Below the pieces are notes generated by a model. It had not been told where the DNA came from. It worked only from the letters and a program-made list of their open reading frames with translations, and did no database searches. Shown here piece after piece: positions 1 through 14,051 of a stretch of DNA of 64,000 bases. The DNA is from Eledone cirrhosa (Eukaryota). The stretch lies in the NCBI GenBank assembly GCA_964016885.1, contig OZ024742.1:280054001-280118000 (forward strand). The letters run 5' to 3'. Within the stretch, counting starts at the first letter, position 1. Each line of letters starts with the position of its first letter. Made by a program: the position numbers and the translations under genes.

Positions 1-53
<53 letters not shown>

Positions 54-57
<4 letters not shown>

Positions 58-185
58 ACAACAAATTCAATATAGAAATGAATAGAACTGTTTCATTCGA
101 AGGAAACCAAGAGGCTTTCCTGGTGATTTCCTTCGAATGAAACAGTGCTAGACCTGTAGAAGCTATTTCTATATTAAATTTGTTA
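54..185. mobile_element. Short fold-back remnant related to HHR family A
   Basis: ACTGTTTCATTCGAAGGAAA is inverted against TTTCCTTCGAATGAAACAGT; degenerate core CTGGTGA...GAAA; similar to 26081-26140; follows a (TA)n tract. Confidence 0.65.
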
Positions 186-1063
186 TATATAGTTCTGTGT
201 ATATGCGCGATATCACTATACACTGTTTACATATACTATTTCCTTGCTGCTTTTGTAAACACATGACCGTCATTAGCATCCACATACCCACATATCTAGC
301 AGTCAGTAGCCATTTTCATGTTGATTTGGTGGCTGAAAATTCACGCTTATCGCTTCTGTTCTCACATTGTCATCTTTCTTCTTGCCTGAATGGTATTATT
401 ATATTTGTGAGAATAACGTGTTGACTCCGCCCCACACCTTTTTTTGTTATATATATACACAATATAATCAGATTACCAAATATAACTAAAAGTCAAAAAC
501 CTAAAGAAACATAAACATGAAATGAAATCGAAATATTTGTTTTTCATCACGTGAATCTTGTTAACACTTTTAGTACTCTGAATTCCGAAATGCATAGGTT
601 AACTTTTTTTCTGTACAGCTCGAGGAAATGTTACCAATAAGCCCCGTTAGATTTAACCTGTTCAACCAACGTATATTATGAGTTCTACCTTGAAACGAAA
701 TTTTAAGAATGCATTCAACAAAAATATTATTTAGAAATAGAATGGAATGGAATGGAATGAAATGAAACAGAGTGATTTGTTTTCTTTTGGCTGATTTTAT
801 TATTATGGAATGCAGAAATGTGGCACATGCATTGAATTGTTGTTTTGATAGAGAGTTCAAATGTTAAATATAGAAGATTTACTTCTTCAGCAAATTCCAT
901 TTAAAAATCACTCTTACTAATAAATATAAAAAAAAAAAAGACAACAGCATAGAGAAATATTGTACGCACACATATATTTTACACACACAAAATAAAACTC
1001 ATAGTTGCACACAATAAGCCTCTATCTATCTATCTATCTACATATTATATATATATATATATA

Positions 1064-1640
1064 GTTTTAATATAGAAGAGCTACTACAGGACTAGAACTG
1101 TTTCATTCGTGAGAAATCATCAGGAAGCTGGCTGTCCAAGTAAATGGTAGTATTTATGTCTTTCCTTATCTGGTGGTAGGAGAGGGTGGGAATTGGGATG
1201 GGTGTACGTCATTGGTTGTAGGATTTAACGAAAGGCGATTCATTAAAAGCTAATTCTTTAAGGCTATAATATTAACAAAGGCAGAAAGAATACTGTAAAC
1301 AAGTTCAAAATTGGAATACCAATCCTTGTTTATCACTTAAAGTAACAATTGTTTCTAATTTTGGCACAAGGCCATCAATTATCCAGTGTATTACTGGTAC
1401 TTTATTTTATCGACCTCGTAAGGATGAAAGGCAAAGTTAACCTCGCAGTAAGACAGGTGTTTACAGGATGGGTGGGGTTCAATGGTTTAAAGAAAAGGAA
1501 GATTTTTTAGAAGCTAATTCTTTAAGGCTAAAATGAGGGTGACAAAGGCAGAAAAGGTTCCATCAACAGATTCAAGTGTTGGGGTGAACACTCTATAGTG
1601 AAGTTTCTCTAAATATATATTCCAGGTGTCGACAAACGCT
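1064..1640 (-). mobile_element. HHR family A copy (PLE pseudo-LTR-like), interrupted by a SINE fragment at ~1345-1445
   Basis: Reverse complement reads CTGATGA-TTTCTCACGAAT-GAAACAGTT (1095-1123); homologous to 25715-25915. Confidence 0.75.
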
Positions 1641-1811
1641 TTCACACGCGCGCCCACTTACACACGTACATACACTTACACGTATGCACACACAGGCAGG
1701 CATACACACAACACACATACGTAATGGTACATACACACATACATACATACACATACATACATACATACACATATACAAATACATGTGTACATACACACGC
1801 ATACATATATA

Positions 1812-1875
<64 letters not shown>

Positions 1876-2079
1876 AGCATAAATAAATATATATACAAAT
1901 ATATATATACATACATATACATATATATACACATACACACATACACACACATATATATACATATATATATACATACACATACATATACATCTAGACGCAC
2001 GCACACACACGCTCTCATGCATACACACGCACACACACATATATACGTATCTCTCTCTCTCTATATATATATATACATA

Positions 2080-2204
2080 GGAAAAAGTATGACCCCGATG
2101 GCAGAGCTCAAGCCGTTTCGCCGGCTATTTCCCACTCTACTACCCTAAGTATTGAGTACTCTGGTGCGTTATGGTCCATCTGGTTCCTTACCACAATTCC
2201 TTTG

Positions 2205-2206
<2 letters not shown>
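2080..2206. mobile_element. Family F remnant: inverted HHR 3' half fused to the tail
   Basis: Homologous to 3128-3346 and 35043-35183; lies between TA tracts; tail has ACTC(2134)...TTGAGT(2157). Confidence 0.7.
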
Positions 2207-2249
<43 letters not shown>

Positions 2250-2375
2250 CATACGTACACCTATACACACATAAATATATACACACGTACACACATATAA
2301 AAACACATACATATACATACATATACACACATATATACACACATATATATATATGCATATATATATATACACACA

Positions 2376-2545
2376 TGGAAAGACATAAATACTACCATTT
2401 ACTTGGACAGCCGGCTTCCTAATGATTTCTCACTTATGAAACAGTTCTAGTCCTATAGAAGCTCTTCTATATTAAAACTTGTATACTCTGCTATGTATTG
2501 AGTACCTTACTTACTGTGGTTACCTCCGATTCAACCCGGAATAAA
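2376..2545 (+). mobile_element. HHR family A copy with 3' tail
   Basis: Inverted homologue of 1064-1165; core mutated to CTAATGA...GAAACAGTT; tail nearly identical to 26140-26206. Confidence 0.75.
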
Positions 2546-3127
2546 TTATATATATATATAAATATGATCCCATTTGCAACAACGCACCACGCCATTTTTC
2601 ATTCATATTTTTCCCTCCGCTGTTACCAGTCTGTTTCTTTCTTACTGCTATCATTTTCTCTCCCTCTGTATCTCTCACCTTCCTTTCACCCCCTCTGCCA
2701 GTCACACTCTCTCAGCTGGCCTCACACTTTCACTCACCCACTCTCTGCTACTCACCCCCTCTCACTTTCTCCCGTCTGACCTGTGTGAAATCCTTTTTCT
2801 CGCTCACATCTCACATGGCTCGGACGCATCTGTGTCTCTCCTCGTCCATGATTTGATCGAACTTAAGTTCACAGATATCACGTATTTCTTTCCCCTCTTC
2901 CTCTCTTTCCGTTTCATTACCATCTCTGTTTGTTTACAGCTCTCGCACGCTTCACCCCATTCTACGTGTCCCAATAACTTTTTTTAGTTATTGCTCGCAC
3001 CAGCCAGAGGTATATAATCTTTAATGCGAAGAAATACCATTGACGGCTGGAAGATCACTGATGATGTCTTCTCGCTCTAATTTTGTTCATATATATATAT
3101 ATATATATTACTATTATATATATATAT

Positions 3128-3346
3128 ATAACGAAGGAAATGTGGTAAGGGACCAGGTGGACCATAACGCACCAAAGTACACAATACTTAGGGTAGTAGA
3201 GTGGGTAATAGAAACGAGTAGGACCCCGACGGCTGAGCTCAAGCCGTTTCGACGGCTAATTCTGGACTCAATTCTGGATTCAATTCTGTCCAGAATTAGC
3301 CGTCGAAACGAGTTGAGCTCAGCCGTCGGGGTCCTACTCGTTCCTA
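3128..3346. mobile_element. Family F fold-back element containing only the HHR 3' half
   Basis: Arms ~3208-3270 and ~3288-3346 are inverted; GAAA-CGGCT...AGCCG-TC gives stem III and a GUC triplet; the CTGANGA half is lost at the fold; TA flanks. Confidence 0.7.
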
Positions 3347-3951
3347 TATATATATATATATATGAATATATGTGGGTGTATATGAGTGCGTGTACACCAG
3401 ACATCTAAATTGGGCTTATAATTGTGCAGCTAGTGCCATAAAAACTCCATTTAATAATTTTGCTTCACAAACACATGGTAATTTTTCGATCGCACGGCGT
3501 AACATCTTCGAATAGCATATTAAAACGTCAGTCCAATGATTATCTTTGTGTGTGTTTAGTATTTGTAGTGAATGGAATAATCGTAGAATTATATAACGCT
3601 ATGGGTCTCGCTTCCAACAGTAATCGTTCATTTCTATGCTATATATATTCTCCATCTACTAAAATAGTTGTTTGTTGTGTATATTGCAGTAAATCATTGC
3701 TGCATATAGATGTAGAGCTGTGGTTGTATAACAAAAAAAAACAAAAACATTTCGATGTACTGCTACAATGATGCTTTTCGACAGTCCTGCTATAACGAAG
3801 CAGCACCAACATTGCACCATACTGAATAAGAGAATCTGAAGTTCCCAAAACCTTGATGTTGGATATAGGATTGTTTTCCCCAAAAGTACTTGATAACAAT
3901 ATAAAATTAGAATTCATTCGTGTTTTATATAGAATGTATATAAAAGAATAG

Positions 3952-4059
<108 letters not shown>

Positions 4060-4157
4060 ATATATATATTCTATTTAAAACACAAATGAATTCTAATTTT
4101 ATATTGTTATCAAGTACTTTTGGGAATTTGTAGTATTTTTATTCTTAATACCGTGTT

Positions 4158-4214
<57 letters not shown>

Positions 4215-4215
<1 letters not shown>

Positions 4216-5832
4216 AACACTGCCGCATAGTTAATTACACGAGTGATGGTGTAGAATACCTACCACACAATGACGATCACGACACCGGTGACGGTGACCG
4301 CTGTAGCCTACTAGAATTATTCCACTACTGTAAGATCAACAAGGGCGATGGCCTACTTCCAACACCTTCCAACCAGCGTTTTGCTATATATAAACGCAGC
4401 AGAAGGAAGCTGAGTGCAACCGAGCATAAAGTGAAAGGGACACATAACAGGATACAGCACAAGAACGGTCACCCTGAAAGCACAATCCATAGGAAAACTA
4501 CAAATACACGGAACCGCCATCGTAACGTCCTATGGTTCCATCCTCCCTACTCTCGGAGTGTGGGCTCCGATGTACCCCGGATATTATTCGAAGCCTTAGA
4601 GTAGAACTTCCCACCCAACCATAAATATAGGAAAATCCTCAATAGGAACACTATTAAAATATCCTTCTCTACTACTCCTAACCTAGCAGACATCATAGGA
4701 ACAACTAATCACAGTAAGATCACCAAAACACAGCACCGTAGCACCGATACACCTAGACCTGGCAATAACCATAACGGCCTTAACGACTCCCGAGCAGAAC
4801 CCAATAGTGCTGGCAGCAGCCACAACTGACGCAACCAACATAACCGCAACATGACTGGGGAATATGCAGGTGACCCGACGACAACAGAAGGCGCTGCGGC
4901 GTGCGGAGTGATAATGGTACTACTCCGCACGCTATGGGATATAATAGTACTAACGACAGGTATAGAGGCGTAGGTAACAACATAGATAGCAATAATAATA
5001 GCCATGCCTTGAGAACTGGAAGTGACTGCGACCGAAATTGCAACTGTCGTGACAGGGGACGCTGCCCCCTTAGGGGAAATTACCTGACAGAAAAGGCTAT
5101 TTACAGGTGCACCGTAACTAGCCATAATAGCGTTAAGAATTATATAGGGACTACGTCTAACCCGTTCAAAAATAGATTTCGAACACATCTCCACTCTTTC
5201 ACGAATAAAAAAAAATAAGACACTCCACTTCGCGCGCCAATTACATCACAGCATTAAAAGACTCAAACATCAGCTTCTCCACGCACTGGGAAATTGTCGG
5301 CAGGGCAGCACCGTACAATTTCAAGAGGAGCTTTACCATATCATAATGGCACCCCCTGAGCTCATCAACAGCAGAGCACAAACAGTGATAAACTGCAGGC
5401 ACCGTATGAAAATCTCTTACTTCAGATGGAATAAGAATGAGGCGTGAAAACCGTAAACCGGGTCACCCTGCACCGCGGCGGGCAAGCGCTGCAAATAAAC
5501 ATCTGGAAACTAACCATGCAACCCACACCCGGTGTGAATCGACAATGGTTAAGCTGTACCCACGAAGTAGTAAAGGGTTACAAATAGCTTGGGGAACACT
5601 GCCCTGACACCGGCTACAGTTATTTCCTTTGATCTACTGCAAAACCAATAAATGTGGTTTACGAAGAGTGAACTGTGATGTGAATTTATCTTTAAAAACC
5701 CCTTCTGGGTCACGTAAGGAACACTCTTTAGTTGTTTATGCCCTTGAGAAGCCCTTTCGGGCGAAACGTACGTAGGTGCTATTTTAAATAAACATGTTTT
5801 AACGGTTTGTTCTCCTTTATATACTTCTTCAC

Positions 5833-5833
<1 letters not shown>
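4215..5833 (+). mobile_element. 5'-truncated Penelope-like element: linker, GIY-YIG endonuclease and pLTR with HHR
   Basis: 4521 onward RNVLWFHPPYS...NRNTIKISFS; CNCRDRGRCPLRG; IYRC...YIGTTSNPFKNRFRTH; then WEIVGRAAPY...INSR...CRH to a stop at ~5447; stops and frameshifts present; flanked by (TA)n. Confidence 0.88.
5740..5779 (+). ncRNA. Minimal type I hammerhead ribozyme, U3-A8 core variant
   Basis: GCCC-TTGAGAA-GCCC TTTC GGGC-GAAA-CGTACG-TA-GGTGC; palindromic stem III; short bulged stem I. Confidence 0.7.
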
Positions 5834-5876
<43 letters not shown>

Positions 5877-5889
5877 CTGAGACATTCTA

Positions 5890-6330
5890 ACCCCATGTCC
5901 GTAATATCGGAGCTGTGCTTTCTTAATTAAGAGAAGTAGTGCCTCTACATGGAGCAACTCTCTTATTGCCTAACGCTACTATAAATCCATTCAGAAGAAA
6001 ACTAACTCTATTACGGATCCCTTCAGAAGAAAACTATTTCGGCCGCTTGTATTCGTGATCGTATTCTTTCGTTCGTTACTCATGATTCATGACCATAAGG
6101 GTTGACACGAATATGAATTGAAGACAGCGGTTTAGCTTGTTCACCTAAATCCCTTTTTCTGATTATAATCAGATAATTATCGAATGTTGAAGCTGGCGCA
6201 TTACTGCACCCGCTTTTGCAATTCGTGTACATAATTCAGCTTCATGAATTCCATGATTTGTGAACATGGCCCTGAAATACTTGAATTTCGCCACCTTCTT
6301 CTGTCTACCTCTTTTCACATGTAGAGTGTA
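5890..6330 (-). mobile_element. RTE-clade LINE 3' remnant
   Basis: KVAKFKYFRAMFT...ELCTRIAKAGAVMRQL resembles the post-RT FKYLG...RIAKA region of RTE elements; degenerate. Confidence 0.65.
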
Positions 6331-6411
6331 CCATGTATGGTCTGTGTGTGAATGCATATAATTTATTGGAAGATATATCTTCTCGAAATTTACAGTTATA
6401 CATACCACATA

Positions 6412-7694
6412 CAGGGTGGGGCATAATTCCTGTTACACAGTTTTAAATCAATTTAAAAATACATTATGTTGCTAATATAACTAATATATTTGTATCAAAT
6501 CCATGCACTATAACCATATTAACTATTTTTTAGAACATTACTCCATTAACAATTTGCAATGTCCATAGAATTGAAAAGAAACTTCATAATAGGGAAGCAT
6601 GAAAAAACGCCTGACTCCACCTGAGATATTTAAACTGGGGAAAACTCTTAAGATCAATAGAATGTTGATCAAAAGAACAATCGATCGATTTAAGGGAACT
6701 AGATCGACCAAAGACAGACCTCGATCCGGACGCCCTCGCACCTCAAGAACACCAAAACTCGTTAAAGGTGTGAGGGAAAAAATAAGGCTTAATCCAAGAA
6801 GGTCCATGAGAAAAATGGCAGAAGAAGCAGAAACCTCCCACAAGAACTATGCGTAAGATATGTCAAGATAATATGTGGATATCACCCTATAAGTTCCAAA
6901 AGAGGCAGCTTTGTTCTACAGCCAAAATTGAAAAGAGGCTCTCCAGAAGTAAACTGTTATTGAACCGTATGAAGGATGGCACGCTGCAAAACATCATATT
7001 TACAGATGAGAAGTTATTCACTGTGTAGCAGTCTCACAATCATCGAAATGATTGAGTACTTGCCAAAAGTCTCAAATCAATTCCTTCATGTGTAGAAAAG
7101 TGTTCAGAACACAGAAACCAGCATCAGTGGTGGTTTGGGCAGCCATTTCTGAAAGAGGGAAGTCTCCTATGATTTTTGTGCCTGAAGGAGTTAAAATTAA
7201 CAAAGAACTTTACATAAAGGATATTTTGGAAGGAGCACTGATGCCATGGTGCACATCTGTTTATGGCGATGAGATTTGGATTCTCCAACTAGATGGCGCG
7301 ACAAGCCACACTGCTAGCGTAACACAACAGTGTTGTAGAGACCATTGTCCTGCAGGGATCTGTAAGGAAGAGTGGCCTCCCACATCACCAGAACTCAACC
7401 CTCTCGATTTTTATTTATCGTCAATTCTTGAGAGTGAAGCCTCCTCTACTCTAAAATCAAAACTGAATAAAGTATGAGAGAAAATATCCATGGAAACTGT
7501 TCATGCAGCCATCTAAGACTTTCCTAGAAGACTACGAGCGGTAGTGAGAGCTAGAGGAAAGCATTTCGAATACATTTGTGTGCAGTTGTTTAATAGTGTA
7601 TTACTTATTATTTATTGAAGTCAGATCTTGAAATAAATGTTTTTTCAAGAATTATTTGCATTTTATTTTGTCACAATTGTTATGCCCCATCCTG
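6412..7694 (+). mobile_element. Tc1/mariner DNA transposon of DD37D (maT) type with a disrupted transposase
   Basis: TIRs CAGGGTGGGGCATAA / TTATGCCCCATCCTG with TA on both sides; RSGRPR linker, FTDEKLFT, DGATSH...WPPTSPELNPLD with 37 residues between the second and third Asp; frameshifts and stops. Confidence 0.92.
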
Positions 7695-7854
7695 TATATA
7701 TATTATATAACAGGATAAATGAGTTGGTATAACACAACGAAACATAAACACCTGTTTATGTCACCGTTGTAACTAATTATATTTAACTCGTCCTATGGAC
7801 TGCGTGTTCTTACACTTGGATATTTCTACCAAACATACTACAATATAAATATAT

Positions 7855-8720
7855 TAATAGATCCGAGAGCTCCTGTTTGATAACGATTCAGCACTTGTTG
7901 CGCACTCTGAAAGATTCATGCAACGCCTAATTTCATCATTTGCAAATGCTTTTGATTTATTTGGCCAGGATGTCAGCTTGAAGAATACAGAAGTCCTCTA
8001 CCAACCTGTTCCCCAAGATATATATCATCCAGCAGATATTTGCATCAAACAGGTAGAGCTGAATGCTGTGCAACAATTCTGCTATCTTGGGAGTGTCATT
8101 TCCGTCGACAATGGAATTGATACAGAGAATCTTACCCCCTCTAATACGGTTAAGAGAAACGGGTCTTGTATCGCTGTCACACCCGGCTCCTGGAGAGATT
8201 CCACCAACACTGTTTGCGCAACAAAGTACACATTCACTGGAAAGAACATGTCACCAACATAGGGGGAGGTCCACGAGAGAACCAACTACCAGTATCAAGA
8301 CTACGCTTATGAAGACATAGATGCGCTGAATAGGGCATGTACCCAAAATTGTAGATTATCGCCTGCCTAAAGTGTCCTGTATGTACAATTGTCTTCTGGC
8401 ATTCGAAAAAGCGGTGCGCCGAAGAAGCGATATAAAGACATGTTAAGAAAGTGCATGAAAGCATGTAAAATCACCCCCCAACAATGGAACTGCCTGTCTG
8501 CTAACTGCAATACTTCACCATTCAGCAGGCCACCGGCGCATTCAAGGTAAACCGTCGAGTAAGCCAGGAGGAGAAGAGAGCCAGACAGAAGAGCTGCGCA
8601 GGATAGAGCAAAGTAAGACAAAAGCATTTCCTTGCGGTCACTGTCGGCGGACTTGTCGATGTCGAATCAGCCAGACCAGACACCAACGAGCAAGCATGCC
8701 GGAGGGCAGAGTCGACCCGT
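7855..8720 (+). mobile_element. RTE (BovB-like) LINE 3' remnant
   Basis: IRELLFDNDSALVAH (degenerate FADD motif), SLKNTEVLYQP, FCYLGSVIS, and a C-terminal FPCGHCRRTC...H zinc-finger-like tail. Confidence 0.8.
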
Positions 8721-9367
8721 CCTTTAATTTAACGTATCTTCGTATTAAAATCAGCGCACTGTCATCATGAAATGTATACACACTTTGGTTACCTGTACAG
8801 GCAATATTTATTAGAATGGTACATACATTTAATTTAGACAAACTACACACGCACACACACGCGCATGCACACATACACACATATATTTATATATATATAT
8901 ATATATACATAAATATGTATACATATATACTTATAGATATGAAATCTATAGAAGAAACATAATGATATATTTCGGTTGTATCTTATTATCAATATATTCT
9001 GTTGCTGACTACTTATTAAGTATAGTTTTTCTTTATAATTACAATAAGTAATTACATTTAATATAGTCAACTTGTTTTATTTGACCTTATTAGTCTCTCT
9101 TTTCCTTATCAGTTAAATATTTCGTTGTCTTATTTTGTTCACCATTTAGGATCTTATTAAACAACATACGTCAAAACCATTAATTTAGTAACTCTTGACA
9201 TTAGTATACCTAATAAATATTCGTCTATTTACTTGTCACCTTTGATCCCCCCTTGCCTATCACCTCCCAAAAATACTGAACTAGATAATTTGATCTACGG
9301 AAAGCCATCTTTTAGCGTAACTCTTTTTTTTCCCCTCTCGCTCTATATATATATATAAGAATATCAA

Positions 9368-9400
<33 letters not shown>

Positions 9401-9402
<2 letters not shown>

Positions 9403-11750
9403 CTTTATTTGCCACAAGGGCGCACAAGAAATGGGGGCAATACAGACACATGCTTGGGATTTTACATACAGTCGTGAAAAAAACAAATATAACAATCGAA
9501 ATCCCCAATATGGGGATGTGCCACAAATGGGTGTGTTTAATACCCTGTCGATAGAACAACCCTCAACTTCAGGAGAGTGTTGTGCAAGTGCTCCCTTCTT
9601 CCTTTTGCTCTCTTCTTTAACCTACAGGCCCAATGAGAGAAGGCCCAATCATTCGAGCCATTTTCGCTTCATTCACCCCCCTTTCAGTATATTTACTGGG
9701 GTGCAGTGCCTCTCTCTCCACTCTGATTCTCCTTCTAAATTGATACTTAAAGAAGGGAATCAATTGTTGTCCGGAGAGAAAGTCATTTGTCCCCAGACTC
9801 TCAATCTCGTCCAGCATTTAATCTGTGTCTCCCAGGACTGCAGCCATAGCCACTGTACAGAGGAAAACCGTCTCTCTTTCGTTTATGAAAGAGGCTGGCG
9901 GTTTGATCCTTACTATGGACTCGGCAGTCAACTTGATATGCCCCATACGCGACAGCAGTTGTTCTGCATAGTTCCACAGTACACAATTGGGTGCAAGACG
10001 GTTTCAATGTCCTGCTCGCATCTTGGACACGTGTTCTTGGAAAGATCCCTGCCGGGGCGTCCGTGCCTAAAGATCTTGTCTCGAACAGGTAGAGCTCCTC
10101 TGTAGCACTGCGGGACCAGGGACCTCTGGAAGTTTTCGATGGGTGCAGCGCGGAAAGTCTTACTGAACAGACTGGTGAGCTCGTCGTCTTCGACGCCTAG
10201 AGTCTCCCCGAGCACATCGTCGCACTTGTAAAGTACTAACCCTCTATAGAATGTCAAAGTCGAGTCACCACTGATTGCTGTGCCCGCTTTGAGCGCCTGG
10301 GTGCATTCAATGTGCCAGGCGCCCATCTTCTTTGGTCTTCGCTTGAATCAGGACTGCAGCTCCGTCAGCGAGACAAGTTGTGGGAAGGCTTGTCTTACAA
10401 ACGGTGCCCACAGCGGTTGGTCGGTGAGAAATACCTGCAGATGCCGTAGCCTCAGCGCATGTTTGCGCATCATTAGCCACGGCATGCCCAGCCCTCCGAT
10501 GGAAGGGTGTTGACTGTAGACGAATTTCCTCACCAGTGGAGCTTGCTTCTTCCACGCGAACTGGAAGAGCATGCGTTCCATCTTGGTGAGGTATTCACGG
10601 GGACAAGGCATGACAGTCAAGCGGTAGTAGATGATGGACGCTATGAAAGTGTTCGCCACCTCCGCTCGACTATTCAAAGACAGTTTGCACTCAGCCCACT
10701 TCTGGGTGAGTGCAAACACCTTCGTCGTGATCTCGTTCCAGTTCTTGTCCACCTGGAGGTCTGGACCGAACCAGACCTCGAGCAATTTCACCGGTCCTTC
10801 CGTCCAGCGTCCGACGACGCTGTCGGACGGCATCGGTTTGCCTCTCCACGTTCCGAGTTGCAAACCGACAGACTGGTTCAGGTTCACTTTTGCTCCTGTG
10901 AACCTTTCGTATTCCTGTAGTACGTTGCCGATTACCTCGATTTCCGAGGTTTTCGACACCATTACGGTTATGTCGTCGGCATAAGCCGACGCCGCTTTTC
11001 GCAGTTCCGGTTCTAAAGGTATGCCCTGCAAAATCTCCAGCTTCCGCAGTAGTGGCTCTAGAGTCAATACGTACATAATGGAGGAGAGAGGGCCTCCCTG
11101 TCGAACGGAACGCGTGTTTGCGAACGGCTCCGATATGTAGCCGTTCACCTTGACCTTCGAGCAGATGCTGGTGTGAAAAGTCTTGATCCAGCCCCTGAAA
11201 ACGGGACCGAAACCGGCCGCTTTGAGAACCGCTTCCAAGTGTCAATGGTCGACCCTATCGAATGCATTAGACTGATCTAAATTGATCAGAGCCCCACCGA
11301 AGCCGGGTTTACACCCCACCCTCTCTATGATGTATCGCATGAGGTGGAGGTTGTCGTGTATTGACCTGGTCGGGATAGCACACGTTTGCGCTTTCCCGAT
11401 CAGGTTTTCTACGACAAGCGCCAGCCTCGATGCTAGCACATTGGCCAAAATCTTTAACTCTGTGTTGAGCAGAGTTAAAGGCCTGAATTTGTTTATTTCG
11501 TCCCCCTTGTTCTCGTCTTTCCTAATCAGCGTTACTACGCCCTTGCCTGCAGAACTGGGAATTGTCTCGTTCTGCTGCCAATGCAATAGACGGCTTCGAA
11601 GAGGCCAGAGAACAAGTCCGGCATGCCTATGTAAAACTCATAGGGTAGACCATCTACACCGGGTGATTTGCGTTCCCGCAGTGGCCCAGAGCGTCCCTTA
11701 TCTCAGTGGCTGTGAGCGGTCTTCCGCAGAACTCTACGTCCATGCTCGAG
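9401..11750 (-). mobile_element. 5'-truncated Tx1-clade non-LTR retrotransposon (RT and C-terminal Cys/His motif)
   Basis: FRPLTLLNTELKIL, LDQSNAFDRVDH, RQGGPLS, AYADD, CPRC...ETVLH...C; 3' end TTTATTTGCCAC shared with the copies at 15687 and 21243. Confidence 0.92.
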
Positions 11751-11779
11751 AGATAGATAGATAGATAGATAGATATATA

Positions 11780-11782
<3 letters not shown>

Positions 11783-11860
<78 letters not shown>
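11783..11860. repeat. (GA)n microsatellite, preceded by (GATA)n
   Basis: Directly visible. Confidence 0.95.
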
Positions 11861-11866
<6 letters not shown>

Positions 11867-13039
11867 TTGGTTTTATTTATGCAAAATGCTTTCCATTTGT
11901 AGGTTTTATAGTCCTTGCGTTAGTGTGGATATCATGCCAGTGTTAGGTTAGCAAAAGAAATGTATGAAATAGGTAAAATATGACGAGATGAAACTTATTT
12001 AAAACATCATATGTCTAAACTGTTATTGTTCATTTAGGTATGGGTGGGTTGTATAAGTAGGCGGCTCGAAAATAACTATGTATAGATACGTAGATGTACA
12101 GATAGAATGATACATGGGTTGTTTAGTGTGTAAATGGGTGCTTGGTTAGGTAGATAAGTGGATATTAGGTGAGGCGGGGTTCTATTGAATTAAGAGAGGG
12201 TATAAGTAGAAAATGTGAAATAAGAGAGATTAAAATAAATGAATTAAATACCATTCCCATGTATGTAACAGACATTAAGTAACTGAGAGTGCAATACTCT
12301 CCAGCCCGTCACAAGGCTAACACTCAACCACTGCTCGTTCTCGGAATTAGGTTACAGCTATGAAGTGTCATTTTCAATACATTAATTATCTCGGTATCGA
12401 ACCCACGACTTTATGATCGTGAACATTATAACACTAGGGCACACACTGCCGAGGCATTGGTGTCTTGCAAAAATGCAAATTACGCTGCCCCTCTTCTTCG
12501 ACAAATCTCTAAACAAGATGAACTTTTTTTTTTTCTGCGTAGGCATAATACATCTCATTCGCCATTGCTCCTCGTGAGTTTTATCAGTATGTTTGAAATA
12601 ATAAACCTTTTTTGAAGGTTAAATATTTTCGGTAAAATATTGTTTGTTTCCTATTGATCTCAACAGCAAAGGTTACTTTCGAACCTGTTGGTCATTTATC
12701 ATGACATTCTGGACATTTCTACATAACACACAAAGACACACGGTAGCCAACCGTATAGTTAGAATATTATATGAGGTCATATTTTCATAGAAAATACCAA
12801 TAGTTTTATATAGATAGCCTTTCACCTACAATCGTAGGAATGACTTCAATGTTTATACGTACATACATTACACTCATAAACATACACACACACACCACAC
12901 ATACACACGCACATACACACACATATATATATAAATATAATTATGTGTATATATATATATGTATATAAATATAAAATATAATTTTATATACATACACACT
13001 CACAAACACGAACGCACACCGCTTTCCCCACATACGTAC

Positions 13040-13080
<41 letters not shown>

Positions 13081-13109
13081 TATATAAATATATATATAAA
13101 TATATATAG

Positions 13110-13207
<98 letters not shown>

Positions 13208-13908
13208 CTGTGTTGTTTCAATTCTTGCCATCGTTTGTTAAATGTGAACTGTGTATCGGGTGACGATGGGCGAAGAAGAGACAAAACATTGTGTCAAACC
13301 TATTGATTTTGTTTCTGTGCTGTACGCCACAAGCTGCTTGAACTTTCTGACATGTTGAAGGCCAATAACTGTTCTTGAGTTTCCGGTTCCTATCACACCT
13401 TGCAGGTATGACAGTACAATATATTCTTACTGTCCTCACTTCTCACAGCAACACCCAAACACGAACACGCACACACTCTTACACACACACAAACTTACAC
13501 ACATACACACAAACGCGCGCACGCATTTATTCTCACACGCATATACACATGCATACACAGAGTTACTCAGAAAGTACATTAGATTTACATTAATAAATAA
13601 ATTATTATTATACATCATCTACTCATGTACAATATAAATAGATAAATAGGTAGATTGCAACAAGTACACACATATGTACATGTGTGTGTGTGTGCGTACG
13701 TTTGTGTGTGTATACGAGGGATGTGTGTTTTTGTGTGAGTGAGTATGTGTGACTATGTGTCTGTGTGTTTCATTATACATATATATGATCTCATACGGAG
13801 TCTTTAAGACGATTCTCCATGGAAGAATGCAGGACAGAAGAAGGTGAGGCAAACAGAGGATGTGGTGCCTTAACACAACCCCTCCGCTATATACATATAT
13901 ATATATAT

Positions 13909-13983
<75 letters not shown>

Positions 13984-14051
13984 CATATAAAAATATATCG
14001 TTTCTGAATTTGTTTAGCAAGATTCTTTATCTGAAAACGTGTGTTGAAACC

